Positions 59,483 to 64,000 of a DNA stretch of 64,000 bases are shown here, piece by piece. The position numbers were made by a program, and so were the translations under genes. This DNA comes from Actinomycetota bacterium (GTDB lineage: Bacteria > Actinomycetota > Acidimicrobiia > Spongiisociales > UBA11373), in NCBI GenBank assembly GCA_043810615.1, contig JBDROA010000092.1, positions 3,235 to 67,234 of the forward strand. Reading direction: 5' to 3'. How positions within the stretch are numbered: the first letter of the stretch is position 1; the number at the start of each line of letters is the position of its first letter. The notes beneath the pieces were generated by a model. The model saw nothing but the letters and a program-made list of their open reading frames with translations, made no database searches and was not told the DNA's origin.

Positions 59483-60454
59483 GTGGTGCAGTACCGGGAG
59501 GACGCCGGCGGTCCTGCTACTGATTGCGTCGCGACCCGGCCCGATGCCGAACGCCTGCAGGCTGCTCTGGAAGCCCTGGCCGCCCGCGATCAGGTGCTCG
59601 CCGATCGCACCCGCCGCCTGGCCGCCCTCGAAGACGTCTCATCCCGGCTCGCCGTGGTCGCCGCCCAACTGCAAACCGCCCAAGAGGAACTGGCCGCTCT
59701 GCACCGGGCCCGTGCCGCCGAAACGGCCGAGAGACAGGGACGGTTGACCGAACTGGAGCACCGCCTCGCGAGGCTTCCACCTCAGCCGGCGGCCGACCCG
59801 GCCGAAGCGGGGAGCGAAACGCGGGGAGAAACCGCGCCCTCGGCCGATCTGGAATCGCTCGTAGCCGGCCTCCGGCACGACCTGGGCATCGAGCGCCTGC
59901 GGAACTCCCGCCTGGCGGCGCGAGGCGGTGGCCCGGACGCGGCCGGAGTCCGCCGGCTCCAGGCGGCTCTCGACGAGGCGCGCCGGCAGGCCGCCACCCT
60001 GGAAGGCCAACTGGCCGAGGCCCGCGGCGGGCCCGGCCCGGCCGGGGCCTACGCGCACTGGGAGGACTGGTTCCGGCGGCGGCTGGCCGAACGCGGCCAA
60101 GCCGGCCTGGCTCGCGCTGCGGAGACCCTTCGCCACCAGCATGCCGTGCTCGAGGAGAAGGAGCGGCTGATCACCGTGCTCCTCCAGCGGCTGCAGGAGG
60201 CCGGGGAGGTGCAGGAAGGTCCCGATGACCTCAAGGAGATCATCGGGATCGGCCCGGTCATCGAGGGGCTGCTGCACGGCCTCGGGATCACCACTTTCGA
60301 GGAACTGGCCGCTCTGTCCGACGACGAGGTGGGCCGTATCGGCAACCTCCTCGGCGCCTTCCGCGAGCGGATTCGGCGGGATCGCTGGGTCGAGCAGGCG
60401 GCTGATTTGGCCCGCCGCCGGGTGAGGCTCGGGCCCGGCCTCTCCCTGGGCTGA
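59483..60454 (+). CDS. Coiled-coil protein with C-terminal helix-hairpin-helix motif
   Basis: GTG 59483 with GAGGGGAGGGG RBS. Long Ala/Arg/Glu-rich coiled coils; C-terminal LKEIIGIGPVIEGLLHGLGITTFEELA HhH. Confidence 0.5.
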   Translation: MVQYREDAGGPATDCVATRPDAERLQAALEALAARDQVLADRTRRLAALEDVSSRLAVVAAQLQTAQEELAALHRARAAETAERQGRLTELEHRLARLPPQPAADPAEAGSETRGETAPSADLESLVAGLRHDLGIERLRNSRLAARGGGPDAAGVRRLQAALDEARRQAATLEGQLAEARGGPGPAGAYAHWEDWFRRRLAERGQAGLARAAETLRHQHAVLEEKERLITVLLQRLQEAGEVQEGPDDLKEIIGIGPVIEGLLHGLGITTFEELAALSDDEVGRIGNLLGAFRERIRRDRWVEQAADLARRRVRLGPGLSLG

Positions 60455-60542
60455 TCCCGGGTTCCCCTCCTGATGGCTTCGCCCGCACGACCACCATCAA
60501 TCGACGACCCGCGCCTCCAAAACGAGCGCGCTAAGCTGCACG

Positions 60543-61342
60543 GTGATGCAGGAGATGCATGAAGCGGCAGGAAAGGCACCCCCTCGACCCGCCCTGCTGA
60601 CCACCCGGGACGTGCAGCAGATCATCAGGGTGGACAAGTCCACCATCTACCGCATGGCCGAGACCGGCCGCATCCCCGCCGTCAAGGTGGGCCGCCAGTG
60701 GCGCTTCCCCGCGGATCGCCTGCAGGAGTGGCTGCAGAGCGGTCCGGCAGCGGTGGGCTCGCCGGGCCAAGAGAACCCTCCGGCGAACGGGTCCCGCCGG
60801 CTGGCCCCCGGAGCACTCCACGCCGTGGCGGACTACCTCGCCGCCGCCACCGGGACCATGGTCGTGGTCACCGACATCACCGGCAGGCCCCTCGCCGACC
60901 CCGCCAACCCCTGCGGGTTGTTCCGGGCGGTGCACGCCTACCCGGGGGTCATGGAGCGCTGCGTGCTCGGCTGGCAGGAACTGGCCGGTGAGCTGGAGTT
61001 CGAACCGCGGTGGCGGCCCACCCCGCTGGGTTTCCTCTGCGCCCGCAGCCTCTTCCGTGTGGGCGATCGCCTGGAGGGCATGGTCCTGGCGGGTGGCGTC
61101 GCTCCGGCTGGCTGGCCTCCGCCCGCGGGTGAAATCGAGCGCCTGGCGGCGAACCTCGGTGTGCCGGCAGCCGTCATCAGCTCCCACCTGGGTGAGGTCT
61201 ACCCCCTCGGGCCGGAGGAGCTAGCGCGCGTCCTGTGCCTGTTGCCCCCTACCGCCGTGCTCGTCTCCCGTCTCGTCGAAGCAGGTGCCGTCGGCCGGGT
61301 CGTGAGCCCTGCCGCGATCGACTCATCGCAAAGGAGCGAAAC

Positions 61343-61346
<4 letters not shown>
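60543..61346 (+). CDS. Transcriptional regulator: excisionase/MerR-type HTH (HTH_17) fused to a ~190-aa Cys-containing sensory domain
   Basis: N-terminus LLTTRDVQQIIRVDKSTIYRMAETGRIPAVKVGRQWRFPADRLQEWL. The C-terminal domain has 4 Cys (PCGLF, ERCVLGW, FLCARS, VLCLL). Its stop overlaps the sqr GTG (GTGA). Confidence 0.6.
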
Positions 61347-62572
<1,226 letters not shown>

Positions 62573-62576
62573 GGCC

Positions 62577-63287
62577 ATGACCACGGCAGTAGCCCAAGAC
62601 CGCCTCGCTTCTCTCGAGGCCAAACTCGACGCGGTCTCCCACCAGGTCGACTACGTCGTCGTCGCGCTGCGCCAGCAGGAAACCCGGCGCGGCATGTGGG
62701 ACGAACTGCGCCACGACCTGGCCCCCGTCACCGCAGACGTCATGGAGCGAGTCAGCCGCGAACTGGACGAGGTGCGCGGCTTCATCGAGCCGGATGACCT
62801 ACTTCGCGTCACCAAGCGCCTGTTGCGCGACCTGCCCTGCCTGGAGGCCCTCCTCGACCAGGTGGAAAGCGTGTCGGCCCTCGGCGCCGACCTGGCACCG
62901 CTGAGCCGGGAGATGCTCCTGGCGGCGATGGCCGCTCTCGCCGAACTGGAGCACCGGGGCTATTTCGCTTTCGCCCGCGGGGCCAAGGAAGTCATGGACC
63001 GCTTAGTCGTCTCCCTCGGCCCTGAGGACCTGCGGGCTCTCGCCGCGAGCGCCCCCGACGCCGTGCAGGCTCTCAAGGAACTCGCTCATCCCGAGGTCCT
63101 CGGCCTCCTGCCCGCCCTGGCGCAAGGCCTGCGGGCGACTCCGGCAGAGACCCCCGGCTTGCTCCGGCTGCTGTGGCGGCTGCACCGCCCGGCGGCCCGG
63201 CGCGGCCTGGCCCGAGCTCTCGAGGCCCTGGAGGCCCTGGGCGGCCCCCCGGCGCCGACCGTCGAGCCCGACCCCACGATCCGCTGA
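62577..63287 (+). CDS. DUF1641-like helical protein
   Basis: ATG 62577 with GAAGGAACGGTGAGG RBS. All-helical, 236 aa. Assignment to the SQR-associated DUF1641 family is from memory and context. Confidence 0.45.
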   Translation: MTTAVAQDRLASLEAKLDAVSHQVDYVVVALRQQETRRGMWDELRHDLAPVTADVMERVSRELDEVRGFIEPDDLLRVTKRLLRDLPCLEALLDQVESVSALGADLAPLSREMLLAAMAALAELEHRGYFAFARGAKEVMDRLVVSLGPEDLRALAASAPDAVQALKELAHPEVLGLLPALAQGLRATPAETPGLLRLLWRLHRPAARRGLARALEALEALGGPPAPTVEPDPTIR

Positions 63288-63315
63288 ACCGAACCTTGAA
63301 GGGAGCAGAACCCCT

Positions 63316-63633
63316 ATGCCCATCGCCACCATCGCCGGCCGTGCCGTCCACCTCGACGAGGAAGGCTTCATGACCGACCCCGCCGAGTGGACCGAGGAGA
63401 TCGCCGCCTTCCTGGCGAGCCAGATCGGCATCGACCCCCTCACCGACGGGCACTGGAGCGTGATCCGCTTCCTGCGCGCCGACTTCGCCGCGCAGGGAGA
63501 GACCGCCACCCTCCGCCGGGTGTCCACCGTGGCCGGGGTGGCCACCAAGGACCTCTACGCCCTCTTCCCTGGCAAACCCGCCCGCAAGATGGCCTACGTG
63601 GCCGGGCTCCCCAAGCCCACGGGCTGCGTGTAA
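63316..63633 (+). CDS. TusE/DsrC/DsvC-family sulfur relay protein
   Basis: 105 aa ending ...YVAGLPKPTGCV (the conserved C-terminal arm Cys of DsrC/TusE); RBS GAAGGGAG. Confidence 0.8.
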   Translation: MPIATIAGRAVHLDEEGFMTDPAEWTEEIAAFLASQIGIDPLTDGHWSVIRFLRADFAAQGETATLRRVSTVAGVATKDLYALFPGKPARKMAYVAGLPKPTGCV

Positions 63634-63663
63634 TCGACGGGTCGCGACCAAGGAGACCGCCAC

Positions 63664-64000
63664 ATGACCACCAGTGAGGGCTTCATCGCCCCCAAGTTCG
63701 ACAACGATGCCGGCCGCAAGCTGGTCATCATCTGTTCGAAGGGCACCCTCGACATGGCCTACCCCGGGCTCATCATGGGCAACGGGGCCCTGCAGGAGGG
63801 CATCGAGGTGCACATGTTCTACACCTTCTGGGGCCTGGACATCATCCGGAAGAAGACGGTGGACAAGCTCAGCCTCACCCCGGTGGGCAACACGGCAATG
63901 CGCATCGGAAACACGTCGCTGGCCATGCCGCAGACCCTGGGTGCCCTGCCCGGCATGAGCAGCATGGCCAGCTGGATGATGCGGAGCAAGATCAAGGGCC
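63664..64000 (+). CDS. DsrE/DsrF-like family protein (3' end outside window)
   Basis: KLVIICSKGTLDMAYPGLIMGNGALQEGIEVHMFYTFWGLD with the conserved Cys; the ORF runs off the window end. Confidence 0.7.
   Translation, partial: MTTSEGFIAPKFDNDAGRKLVIICSKGTLDMAYPGLIMGNGALQEGIEVHMFYTFWGLDIIRKKTVDKLSLTPVGNTAMRIGNTSLAMPQTLGALPGMSSMASWMMRSKIKG

Noticed and set aside
63674-63958. 94-aa ORF MRASSPPSS... at the window end
   Set aside because: Alternate frame of the DsrE-like gene that starts at ATG 63664. The DsrE frame carries the conserved IICSKG motif.

Overview
Overview: the window is ~72% GC actinobacterial chromosome, almost entirely coding (about 75 genes), with no mobile elements or CRISPR arrays detected.

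Housekeeping core: a complete Pup-proteasome locus sits in the known actinobacterial order: mpa (C-terminal GQYL), dop, pup (C-terminal GGQ), prcB, prcA, pafA, pafB, pafC, then helY. It is followed by a long conserved housekeeping stretch also seen in Mycobacterium: tlyA-ppnK-recN-pyrG-NUDIX-xerD, scpA-scpB-rluB-aroA-cmk, der, tRNA-Pro, gcvH-garA-merR-DUF151-merR, then a split glycine dehydrogenase gcvPA/gcvPB. Also present are korAB (2-oxoacid:ferredoxin oxidoreductase), tdh-kbl, a MacB-type ABC exporter with its own winged-helix regulator, ispH, add, hpt and a dacB-like carboxypeptidase.

Lineage: the split P-protein, KorAB and DsrE/TusE genes argue against Mycobacterium proper and for a deeper-branching high-GC actinobacterium; the class cannot be assigned from sequence alone.

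Most interesting region: the 3' end (60.5-64 kb), which runs off the window, is a compact sulfide-oxidation/sulfur-relay cluster (SQR, a DUF1641-like protein, TusE/DsrC-like, DsrE-like). It is preceded by an unusual regulator with an excisionase-type HTH fused to an uncharacterised Cys-containing domain.

Other notable points: (1) a pseudouridine synthase whose S4 domain can only be expressed from a CUG start that overlaps the scpB stop (CTGA). (2) An SGNH hydrolase with its catalytic triad split across a single in-frame TAG. (3) A Cys4 zinc-ribbon micro-protein in the slot where mycobacteria carry tatA-tatC. (4) A holin-X-like small membrane protein cluster. (5) A sigmaA-like promoter (TTGACA-N17-TAGTTT) in front of a merR gene. 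(6) Many ATGA/GTGA translationally coupled gene junctions.

Caveats: many long ORFs in the six-frame track are antisense or alternate-frame artefacts of the high GC content and were rejected. All family assignments are from motif-level reading of the translations, not database searches.
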